A stretch of DNA of 32,000 nt from Cuniculiplasma divulgatum (GTDB lineage Archaea > Thermoplasmatota > Thermoplasmata > Thermoplasmatales > Thermoplasmataceae), in contig NZ_LT671858.1 of assembly GCF_900083515.1 (NCBI RefSeq), positions 1,050,001 to 1,082,000 of the forward strand. The letters are read 5' to 3'. The position numbers and the translations under genes are program-made. How positions within the stretch are numbered: position 1 is the first letter of the stretch; the number at the start of each line of letters is the position of its first letter. Of this stretch, positions 16,988 through 25,347 are shown one piece after another. The notes beneath the pieces are model-generated. The model saw only the letters and a program-made list of their open reading frames with translations. It was not told the DNA's origin and did not search any database.

Positions 16988-18232
16988 ATGAAAGAAGATT
17001 CTGTTGGTACGGATGATCAGAGATCGCTATATAGGTGGATAATGGCAGGCATTGCAGGACTTCTTATGACTACGAGTTTTATCTCACTGACTGCATTCGG
17101 CATCATGTCTACAAAAATGGCATCCACTTTTGGGATTAGTTCCGGTACACTATCTATATACGGTGTTGATGCATTTTCTGTTGGCTTATTTGTAGCATTT
17201 TTTCTGGGTCATGGTGGTATATTCGATACAAAATTGAAAACTGGTGTTCTTGTTGCACAGATTTTTCTCATAGTGCCTCAGTTTCTTATTCCCGTCTTTC
17301 CCAATCCATATGTGCTCATAGCACTCCGTTTCTTTCAGGGTTTAATGATAATGATGCTTGCACTGTTTTCAATTCAGCTCGCTGGATGGTTTCCAGCAGG
17401 GGAGAGAGCTAGGTCTCTTGCTTTTACATTAGGTGCCATAAGCCTTGGTAGTGCTGCTGGTGGAATTCTCTCTGGTGCACTTATTGCACTTTCATGGCAA
17501 GAAACGTACTACATTACAGGTATAGTGATGGTTGCAGGTGCACTGATCTACTTCATTTTTGCAAGAGATTCTGAGTCTCAGAGAGATGCCATAATTCAGG
17601 CAAAGGGTGAACATCATCAAAGCGCATGGAAAAACCCCATGGTAATCTTGATGGGATTGATCCAGTTCCCGCTTACGTGGGTCTTGTTTAGCGTTGGTGG
17701 ATATTTATCTTCATATTCTTATCACCTTGGCTATTCAAGTTCACAAACCAGCAACCTTATAATTGCCTGGGGTTTATCTGGATTTGTAGCCGCATTTATC
17801 GGAGCGATTCTAGGAGATTATCTCGCAAAAGGAAAGAAAACCAACAGAGGTATCCTGAATTCAAGACTTTTAATAATGACGTCTGCTGATATTCTTATGG
17901 CCATTGGGATTCTTCTCATGATAGTCATAGGAAGTTTCTCCTATTATGATCTTCTATTTGCCGCTGTGGTTAATGGATTCCTGATGATGTTTCCACCAAA
18001 TTACTGGGCTCTACCTGGAAATGTATTTCCTTTGGCTATAATGAGTGCAGGGGCTTTTGGAATGGGGCTTATATCTAATTCAGCGGATGCAATAGGACCG
18101 TTTGTAACTTCATCACTCATAAGCGATTTAGGGTGGGATGGTGTGTTTTTAATTATGCTAGTCCTTTCATTAATAGGAATATTGCTTAACGTTTATCTAT
18201 CCAGATCGAAATTACCTCTTCCACAGGATTAA
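16988..18232 (+). CDS. MFS transporter
   Basis: About 12 TM segments, 414 aa. It is divergent from the acyl-CoA synthetase across a 129-bp AT-rich spacer. Confidence 0.7.
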   Translation: MKEDSVGTDDQRSLYRWIMAGIAGLLMTTSFISLTAFGIMSTKMASTFGISSGTLSIYGVDAFSVGLFVAFFLGHGGIFDTKLKTGVLVAQIFLIVPQFLIPVFPNPYVLIALRFFQGLMIMMLALFSIQLAGWFPAGERARSLAFTLGAISLGSAAGGILSGALIALSWQETYYITGIVMVAGALIYFIFARDSESQRDAIIQAKGEHHQSAWKNPMVILMGLIQFPLTWVLFSVGGYLSSYSYHLGYSSSQTSNLIIAWGLSGFVAAFIGAILGDYLAKGKKTNRGILNSRLLIMTSADILMAIGILLMIVIGSFSYYDLLFAAVVNGFLMMFPPNYWALPGNVFPLAIMSAGAFGMGLISNSADAIGPFVTSSLISDLGWDGVFLIMLVLSLIGILLNVYLSRSKLPLPQD

Positions 18233-18420
18233 AATTATATAATATATTTCCATTTATATGTTCCAAAAACCAAAATATTTTTCTACAAATAATGAAATTG
18301 AATTTTAGCTCTCTTTATGGTTCTAAGCTATGGTTATATCCTGTGTATTATATTTAGATTAGCTTTATTGAATAGATATTTAATCCAAAATTATAAATTC
18401 TGAAAAGACTTGTATTATTT

Positions 18421-18510
18421 ATGGCAGTACCAAGAATAAAAAAGGGAAAATTGTCAAAAGAAAGAGAAAGAAATGATGATGGAACTTGGAGAAAGAAGAG
18501 AAAAAAGTGA
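18421..18510 (+). CDS. Very small basic ORF, 29 aa (MAVPRIKKGKLSKERERNDDGTWRKKRKK)
   Basis: The ATG lies 28 nt downstream of the centre of AAAATTATAAAT (18387-18398). It sits in an otherwise empty 350-bp spacer. It is short and K/R-rich, so it could be chance. Confidence 0.3.
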   Translation: MAVPRIKKGKLSKERERNDDGTWRKKRKK

Positions 18511-18583
18511 AAATGCCTAATTTGGAATTTTCACAGTTTTAAATTAATAATGGATTTGCATATACGTTTTATAAAATCTTCAA

Positions 18584-18657
18584 AGCCGCCGACGGGATTC
18601 GATCCCGCGACCTCGTGCTTACCAAGCACGCGCTCTACCAGGCTGAGCTACGACGGC
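18584..18657 (-). tRNA. tRNA-Thr (anticodon GGU)
   Basis: Manual fold of the minus strand: acceptor GCCGUCG/CGGCGGC, D arm GCUC-AGCCUGGUA-GAGC, anticodon stem CGUGC/GCACG, loop UUGGUAA, T arm GCGGG-AUCGAAU-CCCGU, discriminator U. No CCA is encoded. Confidence 0.9.
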
Positions 18658-18797
18658 AGTAACCACCTGAATTCATAATCCTTAATAAATCTTGCAAAAA
18701 ATTCTGAATAGTTCCTTATTTCCCTTAGGACTGCATACTTCTGTTGATTTAAAAGGTGCTTCTGCTATAATTTTAATAAATAGTAAGTGATTTTACC

Positions 18798-19787
18798 TTG
18801 TTGGAAGAGAAATTACCTATTATTTCTGTAATTATAACACTGTATAACAGAACACAATTTGTTCGTGAAGCAATCGAATCTGTTATCAAACAAACACTAA
18901 ATAAAGATCTCTATGAGATTATATTAGTGTCTAATATACCTTTAGATACAAGTGCGTATGGAGAAAACCTGAAGTTCTCACTAATTCCTGATGAACAAAT
19001 AGGGAAAAAATATTTGAGAGGACTCGAACTTTCAAAGGGAAAAATAATAACATTCCTTGATGATGACGACCTATTTTATGAAACAAGACTGGAGAAAATT
19101 GTGAATTTCTATAAGAAAAATAGTGGCACAATATATTATCATAATTCCTTTTCATTTATCAGTGCTGATGGGAAGGATGTGAAGACGACATTTAAGAAAC
19201 ATTCCCAAAAATTTTCACAAGGAAATAGACCCATGGTTATTAGAAATGATGGAAAACTTAAAAAACTTGTAAAAGCTAAAAAAATTTCGGCTGATTTCAA
19301 TATGAGTTCCATAGCAGTTTCTAGAGAACTTATAATTCAGAATTCCAATTTGCTTTTCTCAAGTAACAAAACGCCTGATATATACCTGTTTCTTGAGGCT
19401 ATACATCAGAGGGCCACAATATACCTGGATCCTGAAAAATTAACCAAATACAGGTTGAGAACAGAAACTCAGCCTAAATTATTTACTGAAACTATAAAAC
19501 CCGGACATGTTCAACTTGATGTCAGGGATGAAATTGTCTCGATTGCCTCAAAAAGTGGTGATAAATTATTTTTGAAATATTCATATTTTGAACGTTATGA
19601 TTACCTTGCATTTTCTGAATTAAAGAAGTTTAAAAACAGTAGGAACAGAAATAGGAAAAAGGTAATCGATAACATGAAAAAACTCCCTTTAACAAAAGTT
19701 TATTTGATACCTTATTTTTTTAAATACATATTTTTCTACATAATTTTATTTATTTATCCTGAGTGGGTAAAGCACATAAATATTTGA
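18798..19787 (+). CDS. Family 2 glycosyltransferase with C-terminal hydrophobic segment
   Basis: ISVIITLYNRTQFVREAIESVIKQT and FLDDDDLF (a DxD region) are typical GT2 motifs. There is a C-terminal TM-like LIPYFFKYIFFYIILFIY. TTG start ~20-25 nt downstream of TTTTAATAAATA. Confidence 0.75.
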   Translation: MLEEKLPIISVIITLYNRTQFVREAIESVIKQTLNKDLYEIILVSNIPLDTSAYGENLKFSLIPDEQIGKKYLRGLELSKGKIITFLDDDDLFYETRLEKIVNFYKKNSGTIYYHNSFSFISADGKDVKTTFKKHSQKFSQGNRPMVIRNDGKLKKLVKAKKISADFNMSSIAVSRELIIQNSNLLFSSNKTPDIYLFLEAIHQRATIYLDPEKLTKYRLRTETQPKLFTETIKPGHVQLDVRDEIVSIASKSGDKLFLKYSYFERYDYLAFSELKKFKNSRNRNRKKVIDNMKKLPLTKVYLIPYFFKYIFFYIILFIYPEWVKHINI

Positions 19788-19829
19788 CAATAGATTATCT
19801 CTGGTTAACTTCAGTCATAAGTGAGTTTA

Positions 19830-20789
19830 TCAAATACTGCTTGATCCGTAATAATAAATTCCTCCAATCTCTTTTTTGTCTAATGTCCCTGTACTTTCCA
19901 TATGTCTTAAATGCGATATGGCTTCACCAATTGCAAAGTTGGATTCCATCATATTCATGGATTCCATGGTTCTCCCCTTACTCCAGCGCATTTTGTGTGC
20001 TGTTTCATAGGCTGTCAACCACTTATCCCTAACGAGTTCCATGATTTCATTCATCCTATCACCATGATGTTTTATCAACTGATCTATCCTTTCATTTTGG
20101 TTTCCAAAAGGCTTTCCATGACCCGGGAATGTAGCCTTTACCTTAATGTTTTTAGTCTTGATGAGGCTGGAAAGGTATTCTCCAAGCATATCTTCCTCTT
20201 CGTCGTAATAGCTGATGTTGGGTGTAATTCGTTCTAAAATATGATCACCAGACATTAGAGCGGTACTATCATTTACAAAGTAGCAAGTAGATCCTGGTGA
20301 ATGACCTGGAACATGCAATGTTCTAATTCCATTTGGTAAATTTTTAATTGCTTCGAGAGGCTCCAGTTTAAGGTCCAAATAATTTTTCAACTCCCTGAAC
20401 ACAGGATGACTCTCGGTAAGATTTTCTAAGAATTTATCTGGTACGCCATTCCTTCGTAGGTAATCGATCTGCCATGATATGAAACCTTTAGCTGAGGATT
20501 GAATTGCCTCAATTCGTCTCAAATCTTCCTTTCCTATGTACCCGTTCAGACTGTAATTATTATGTAATTTATTAACTCCCCCTACATGATCTATATGCAG
20601 GTGAGTGAGGAGTACCATGTTTATACTTTCTATGTCAACCCTCTTACTTTCCAGAAATGTATCTATTTGATCATCCATTCCTGTGTCGATTAGAATTTTA
20701 TTTTTACCATCATCAAGAATGTAAATGGAAGCAGTTCTTAAAGCCCTTATGGCAATGGGAATTTCAAATGTGCTGATTTCGAATGTCAT
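19830..20789 (-). CDS. MBL-fold metallo-hydrolase
   Basis: The THLHIDHVGG (HxHxDH) motif is present, with downstream HVPGHSPG and GDH. 319 aa. Confidence 0.8.
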   Translation of the reverse strand: MTFEISTFEIPIAIRALRTASIYILDDGKNKILIDTGMDDQIDTFLESKRVDIESINMVLLTHLHIDHVGGVNKLHNNYSLNGYIGKEDLRRIEAIQSSAKGFISWQIDYLRRNGVPDKFLENLTESHPVFRELKNYLDLKLEPLEAIKNLPNGIRTLHVPGHSPGSTCYFVNDSTALMSGDHILERITPNISYYDEEEDMLGEYLSSLIKTKNIKVKATFPGHGKPFGNQNERIDQLIKHHGDRMNEIMELVRDKWLTAYETAHKMRWSKGRTMESMNMMESNFAIGEAISHLRHMESTGTLDKKEIGGIYYYGSSSI

Positions 20790-20944
20790 GAACTGGTATT
20801 ACGATAAATCTTAAGTTACTTACTAGTTGCTATTTTGTTAAAATATCAAACAGAAATGTGATTATTAAACATTAGAATTTGAATTCCTTAATGCTGACTT
20901 TGAGGGTTGGGATAAATTATAATTTATAATTGGAATACTGGATT

Positions 20945-21388
20945 ATGAAGAGTTTGGTTCCACTTGCTGTTTTTAAGGCAGGGACAAATGTAATTCCATA
21001 TATATCTGCAATCTTCCTTGTAATAGCAGTCATTTTGCCAATCTACTTTTACCCTGGTTATTTTTTGGCAAGTGTCGTAAACTACGCTCCTTTTCTGGTA
21101 CTATCCATCTTTATAATTGGATACAATATTGTACAGTACAGGAAAAGGGCTGACATAGAAATATTTGAAGATAAGATAATCATAGTTACCACAAACAAGA
21201 GATTTAATGTCTACTACAGTGACATACAAGATATTACCAGAGATATGAATGATGGCAAAAAACTGTTCATAATTCAAACCAAGTCTGGTCGTAAAATAGC
21301 GCTATATGACAGAAAATTAATAACATTCAAAACTACATTAATTGACTTTATTAAGAGCAGGACATCGTCAGGACAGGGTCAAAAATAA
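20945..21388 (+). CDS. Membrane protein with two N-terminal TM segments and a C-terminal soluble domain (bacterial-PH/YdbS-like architecture)
   Basis: Hydrophobic N-terminal half, followed by IEIFEDKIIIVTTNKRFNVYYSDIQDI...LFIIQTKSGRKI. The ATG at 20945 follows AAATTATAATTTATAAT (20913-20929). Confidence 0.5.
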   Translation: MKSLVPLAVFKAGTNVIPYISAIFLVIAVILPIYFYPGYFLASVVNYAPFLVLSIFIIGYNIVQYRKRADIEIFEDKIIIVTTNKRFNVYYSDIQDITRDMNDGKKLFIIQTKSGRKIALYDRKLITFKTTLIDFIKSRTSSGQGQK

Positions 21389-21742
21389 AGACCTACCTCT
21401 AAACTCTGGCATATGGTGATCTATTTTTTGATATGCGTGAAAAGTTCTTCTAATTTGGCATCTATATGGACATAATGAAGTTTAAATCATTTAAGAGTTG
21501 ACATAACTATGATTTATTATATGGTTAGACTTACCAGCCCTTGCTTATTATTGATTAATTCCATGACTATATTGATTTTAATATGTTTGTATATTTATAT
21601 TATAAAAATTGCCATACAGACGTACTTATTTAAAAATTGTAAATTATTATTAGAAATGTAATGTATGTTTGTTAAATCCTCTTAATTATTGGTTTTTAAT
21701 TAAAAAATAGAATTATTTACTGTAACAATTTAGACTATTTTT

Positions 21743-21796
21743 GTATATACTTGTGTACAGTCATTTACATAAAATTTATATACCTCCAAGTATATC
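21743..21796 (+). promoter_or_regulatory. Promoter/operator region of the RHH gene: TATA box plus three GTATAT-type half-sites
   Basis: Palindrome GTATATAC at 21743-21750 and palindrome TGTACA at 21754-21759. TATA-like AAAATTTATATA at 21771-21782. Inverted repeat ATATAC (21778-21783) - ctccaa - GTATAT (21790-21795) lies between the TATA box and the ATG at 21811. Confidence 0.45.
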
Positions 21797-21810
21797 TATT
21801 AGAGATAATA

Positions 21811-22230
21811 ATGAATCCTGAATCAAAAGACATTAAGATTACACTAAGGATTTCAGAAGAAGATCTTGACTTGATAGATAGTTTTCTTGAGGAAAACATG
21901 TCTTTTGGAAGTCGATCAGAGTTTCTTAGAAACTGCGCCCTAGATTTTATACAATCTAAGAAAAATTTCAAAGGAATGGATCTGGGAAACGGTATATCCC
22001 TTTCTAAGAAACAGGAAGAATACATTGAACGAATGATAAGAATGGGTTACTATCCATCAAAGGAAGATGCAATTAAGTCGATTCTGGAATATGTTTTTGA
22101 TTCTGGCTTTATAAAAAAGATTTTTGAGGAAAAAATAGAGAAGTATCAGGAAATAGAAAAATCAATGAAATCTAACGAAAGGGTAAGTTTGGTAGACAGG
22201 GATGAAGAAAAAAAATATGGGAGGTATTAG
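21811..22230 (+). CDS. DNA-binding protein with two tandem ribbon-helix-helix-like motifs (CopG-like followed by ParD-like)
   Basis: KITLRISEEDLDLIDSFLEE...GSRSEFLRNCALDFI fits the RHH strand-helix-helix pattern. A second unit, ISLSKKQEEYIERMIRMGYYPSKEDAIKSILEYV, resembles ParD-type antitoxins (xSLxxxxxxFIxxxVxxGRYxSxSEVIRxxLR). The ORF-track TTG start at 21751 is rejected in favour of the ATG at 21811 (139 aa). Confidence 0.6.
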   Translation: MNPESKDIKITLRISEEDLDLIDSFLEENMSFGSRSEFLRNCALDFIQSKKNFKGMDLGNGISLSKKQEEYIERMIRMGYYPSKEDAIKSILEYVFDSGFIKKIFEEKIEKYQEIEKSMKSNERVSLVDRDEEKKYGRY

Positions 22231-22239
22231 GTGATTTAA

Positions 22240-22947
22240 ATGGAGGAAGTAAATAAATTGAACCTGGAGAATGAAAAGCTTGACTCGGTGGAATTGCAGA
22301 CCTACATGCAACAAACTATTGTGCTGATAGGTGACAGAATGAGTGATGTGTATAATGGCCTCATCAAAGCAAATGAAGGAAAGAAGAATGCAATTATCTA
22401 TATCACACAGGAAAAGGAAAGAAAATTGAGTTCCTCAGGAAAACTGAAATACGAGGATTTTAATGATGAATATGATAGTTCCTTTGTAAAGATGACAGAT
22501 AAAGACGGAAATATAATGGACGAAGAGGACGGTGCCAGCAGGATATCTTACCCTGACATTGTACAGGTAAAATTCAGAAATCTATCTTCGGATCGTGAGC
22601 TGAGGCACGCTGCTGAAATTGTATCGGGACTTGTGGATAACAGCTGGGTAACAATAGTTGCAAGTGATCTGTCTGAAGGCTTCGCTAGAAATATACATTC
22701 ATCCTTGGTCTACAGAAGAAAGAAGTTCAATAATTCTGTCGCATCCTTCGTTTTTACAAGAGCAAGCAATCCCACTGATGAATTCAATCTTAAGATAATC
22801 AGAGAAAGTATAAAAAAGAACACTAATAAGTATAAAGAAATAGGCGAAGAGAAAAAAATAAGACACAATATCTTCTCAAAGAAAGGAGAAGAACAGGAAA
22901 TACAGAAGATGATAGCTGAAATCTCAAGTCTGCAGAAGAATTTTTAA
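22240..22947 (+). CDS. Hypothetical protein, 235 aa, no recognised family; C-terminal K/E-rich helical tail
   Basis: Long ORF. The ATG is preceded by AGGTGAT (22229-22235), a 7-nt match to the complement of the conserved 3' end of 16S rRNA, at 4 nt spacing and 9 nt after the RHH stop, so the two genes are probably co-transcribed. No catalytic or NTP-binding motif is visible. The N-terminal TIVLIGDRMSDVYNGLIKANEGKKNAIIYI has the strand-loop-helix-strand rhythm of a P-loop NTPase but lacks GxxGxGK[ST]. Confidence 0.55.
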   Translation: MEEVNKLNLENEKLDSVELQTYMQQTIVLIGDRMSDVYNGLIKANEGKKNAIIYITQEKERKLSSSGKLKYEDFNDEYDSSFVKMTDKDGNIMDEEDGASRISYPDIVQVKFRNLSSDRELRHAAEIVSGLVDNSWVTIVASDLSEGFARNIHSSLVYRRKKFNNSVASFVFTRASNPTDEFNLKIIRESIKKNTNKYKEIGEEKKIRHNIFSKKGEEQEIQKMIAEISSLQKNF

Positions 22948-22950
22948 AAA

Positions 22951-22980
22951 TTTAATTCTACCGATTACCTTAGAATTAAA
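22951..22980 (+). terminator. Perfect 10-bp inverted repeat with 10-nt loop, followed by a T/C-rich run
   Basis: TTTAATTCTA (22951-22960) and TAGAATTAAA (22971-22980) are exact reverse complements, starting 4 nt after the stop of the 235-aa ORF. CTTTCCTTCTTTT follows. The stem is AT-rich, so stability is modest. Confidence 0.3.
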
Positions 22981-23128
22981 AATCTACGCTTTCCTTCTTT
23001 TAAGATTTCAAGAGACTTCCACAAATTATTTTAGTTAGTGGTTCACTGAGCATTATATAAAAATAATCACTAACCGAATTTTTAGGCTGTTTATAGGGGA
23101 TTTATTTCAAAAAAAGTGGTGTAAAAGA

Positions 23129-23614
23129 TTATTTCATCAGGGATTCTCTTACTTCCTTGATGTCCATGGTTCTTTCACAGTAGTGACACCTGAATTTTTC
23201 ACTGTTTTTTTCTATTTCTACCTTAAAGCTTGATTCAACTGGTTCTTTAGAATTTGTTACACAGTTCTGGTTGCTGCATTTTATAATGCTCCTGACTTCG
23301 CGTGGTATCCTCACGCTAAATTTTTCCTTTATCTCGAATTTTTCGATTACATTTATTGTTGCGTTGGGGGAAACGATGCTTATTAGGTCAAGCTCTTTCT
23401 TTGCAAGCTTACGGTTTTCAACCTTAACTATATCCTTTGTTCCATCCTTCTTGCTTGGAACATTCATAAGGACACTTACTGTAAGTTTATCACGGCCATT
23501 AATCTTTAAAACTGATAAAACTTCAAGTGCTGCTCCTGGATTGATATGATCAATAACTATACCATCAGAAATCTTGTTTATCTTCAATACCTTTTCTTCA
23601 CTCATATTCTCCAC
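23129..23614 (-). CDS. pyrI: Aspartate carbamoyltransferase regulatory chain
   Basis: INKISDGIVIDHI in the N-terminal domain and the C-terminal zinc site CSNQNCVTN...CHYCER. It overlaps pyrB by 17 nt. Confidence 0.9.
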   Translation of the reverse strand: MENMSEEKVLKINKISDGIVIDHINPGAALEVLSVLKINGRDKLTVSVLMNVPSKKDGTKDIVKVENRKLAKKELDLISIVSPNATINVIEKFEIKEKFSVRIPREVRSIIKCSNQNCVTNSKEPVESSFKVEIEKNSEKFRCHYCERTMDIKEVRESLMK

Positions 23615-24527
23615 CTCTCAGAATTATATCAATCAATGCCATCCTTACAAAAACACCATTTGCAGCTTCTATAAAGTAATAGGCCCTCTTATTGCTGTCT
23701 ATTCTCGGATCAATTTCGTCCACCCTCGGAAGTGGATGCATAATTATGGAACTTTCCTTCATTCTTTCAACCAGATCCTGATTAAAAGAGTATGAACCAA
23801 TTACTTTCTGGTAGTCATTAAGATCAACAAATCTCTCCTTCTGAATTCTTGTTACATAAAAAACATCCGTTGTTCCGAGCACATTTTCCAAACTGGAATC
23901 GGGTCTAATCTTCGCCTTAGATTTAATAGAACTCAAAAAATGTTCAGGCATCCTTAATATTTCTGGCGAAACAAGGTTGATTGTATTATTAAACCTGCTC
24001 AAAGCCTTTATTAATGAATGAACAGTTCTCCCATATTTTAGATCCCCAATCATCGAAATTTCAAGATCTTCTATTCGTCCATATTTTTCCCAAATTGTAA
24101 ACAGATCAAGAAGAGTCTGTGTGGGATGCTGTCCTGACCCATCTCCTCCATTCAACACAGGTACTGTAGAAAATTCTGAAGCCAGTCTTGCAGCACCCTC
24201 CATTGGATGCCTCATAACAACTATATCTGAATATGAAGAAGCCATTCTTATGGTATCGGCTATGGTTTCCCCCTTTGCTGCTGAACTGCTTTTTGCCTCG
24301 GAAACACTTATTACGGAGCCACCGAGTCTATTCATTGCACTTTCAAAGGATAATCTTGTCCTTGTACTTGGTTCAAAGAAAAATGTAGCCATAATTTTTC
24401 CTTTCATTAGATCCAGTATTTTACCCTCCTTAACAGCTCTCTTGAAAATAGACGCACGTTTAAAAATTTCATAAAAATCTTCGGTTTCTACGTCGTCTAT
24501 ACTGACAATACTTTTACTCTTTAACAT
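23598..24527 (-). CDS. pyrB: Aspartate carbamoyltransferase catalytic chain
   Basis: FFEPSTRTRLSFE (carbamoyl-phosphate site), HPTQ and HPLPR motifs. 309 aa. Confidence 0.92.
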   Translation of the reverse strand: MLKSKSIVSIDDVETEDFYEIFKRASIFKRAVKEGKILDLMKGKIMATFFFEPSTRTRLSFESAMNRLGGSVISVSEAKSSSAAKGETIADTIRMASSYSDIVVMRHPMEGAARLASEFSTVPVLNGGDGSGQHPTQTLLDLFTIWEKYGRIEDLEISMIGDLKYGRTVHSLIKALSRFNNTINLVSPEILRMPEHFLSSIKSKAKIRPDSSLENVLGTTDVFYVTRIQKERFVDLNDYQKVIGSYSFNQDLVERMKESSIIMHPLPRVDEIDPRIDSNKRAYYFIEAANGVFVRMALIDIILRGGEYE

Positions 24528-24594
24528 TAAAAATAGACATGGATAATTGTTATTTAGATTTACCTTACAATAGATCCGGACTAGACCCCGCAGA

Positions 24595-25347
24595 TCAAAT
24601 TTTCAGGACAGATCCACTGGATTTCATGTAAGTTGATATGAAACCTGTGTGAATAATTCCTGTAGATTTAGGACGGGTTGCTCCTGTTTTCACCTGAATG
24701 TCCCTTCCTTCTATTTCAACTGTTTCCAGATGTAGAAATCCATTTTTTTCATATTCCTCTCTTGCTTTTTCTACCTGATTAAATGTTGGTAGGTAGGTGA
24801 TTATCCTTTTTCCTGACAGGATCCATTTTCTCTGCTCAGATACATTCTTCCAGGGTTCGGGCAGATCTAGAAAAATGGCATCTACTTTCCTCCCTTCATA
24901 CTTATAGTCCTCAAATTCACCTATATCTATTCTTATATCCATTCCTGTGAAGTTCTTCACGTTCCTCTTAGTAAATAATGCCGAATTTTCATTATGATCA
25001 ATTCCAAGGTACCCTTCAGAATTCTTGATTATTTTCAGAATGTATGTCGTTAGTGCTCCTGAACCTGTTCCACTTTCTATCACCGTTGATCCAAATTCTA
25101 TTCCAGATGCCATCACCATATAAGATGAATCCCTCCCATTGATAATCTGTGCTCCCCTCTCACCTATATTTGGAAAAAATTGTGGAGTATATGACATAAT
25201 TACATAATTTATACCGTCAAACAGAACACTGTCCCCGGGACTCAAAACCGCTGCGGGATTAACTTCAATTCTCTTCTTACCGTTTATAATGATGTTTTTC
25301 TCATCGTCATACAGCATTGTTCCATTATCAGAGTGAAGAAGCATCAT
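24595..25347 (-). CDS. trmI: tRNA (adenine-N1)-methyltransferase TrmI (GCD14 family)
   Basis: RGAQIINGRDSSYM, the SAM motif ESGTGSGALTTYI, DAIFLDLPEPW, and the C-terminal RP...IHTGFISTYMK. Confidence 0.8.
   Translation of the reverse strand: MMLLHSDNGTMLYDDEKNIIINGKKRIEVNPAAVLSPGDSVLFDGINYVIMSYTPQFFPNIGERGAQIINGRDSSYMVMASGIEFGSTVIESGTGSGALTTYILKIIKNSEGYLGIDHNENSALFTKRNVKNFTGMDIRIDIGEFEDYKYEGRKVDAIFLDLPEPWKNVSEQRKWILSGKRIITYLPTFNQVEKAREEYEKNGFLHLETVEIEGRDIQVKTGATRPKSTGIIHTGFISTYMKSSGSVLKI

Noticed and set aside
18473-18540. A C-box-like AUGAUGA considered as the start of a C/D box sRNA.
   Set aside because: No D box (CUGA) or C'/D' boxes occur at appropriate spacing downstream, and there are no terminal complementary ends. 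The motif lies inside the 29-aa mini-ORF.
21389-21810. The 420-bp AT-rich spacer considered as a possible replication origin.
   Set aside because: There is no adjacent orc1/cdc6 gene, and I could find no repeated ORB-like elements of ~20+ bp. The only repeats are short AT palindromes near the RHH promoter. It is more simply a promoter/regulatory region.
21751-21810. The ORF-track TTG start that extends the RHH protein by 20 residues (MCTVIYIKFIYLQVYLLEII).
   Set aside because: The extension is translated promoter DNA covering the TATA box and palindromes, and it is hydrophobic and low-complexity. The ATG at 21811 gives a canonical RHH N-terminus with correct TATA spacing.
18584-23128. A possible integrated mobile element anchored at tRNA-Thr, covering the GT2, MBL hydrolase, membrane protein and RHH cassette genes.
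   Set aside because: There is no integrase, transposase or viral gene. I could find no direct repeat of the tRNA 3' part elsewhere in the window. Base composition is not visibly different from the flanks. The tRNA's 3' end also points away from this region.
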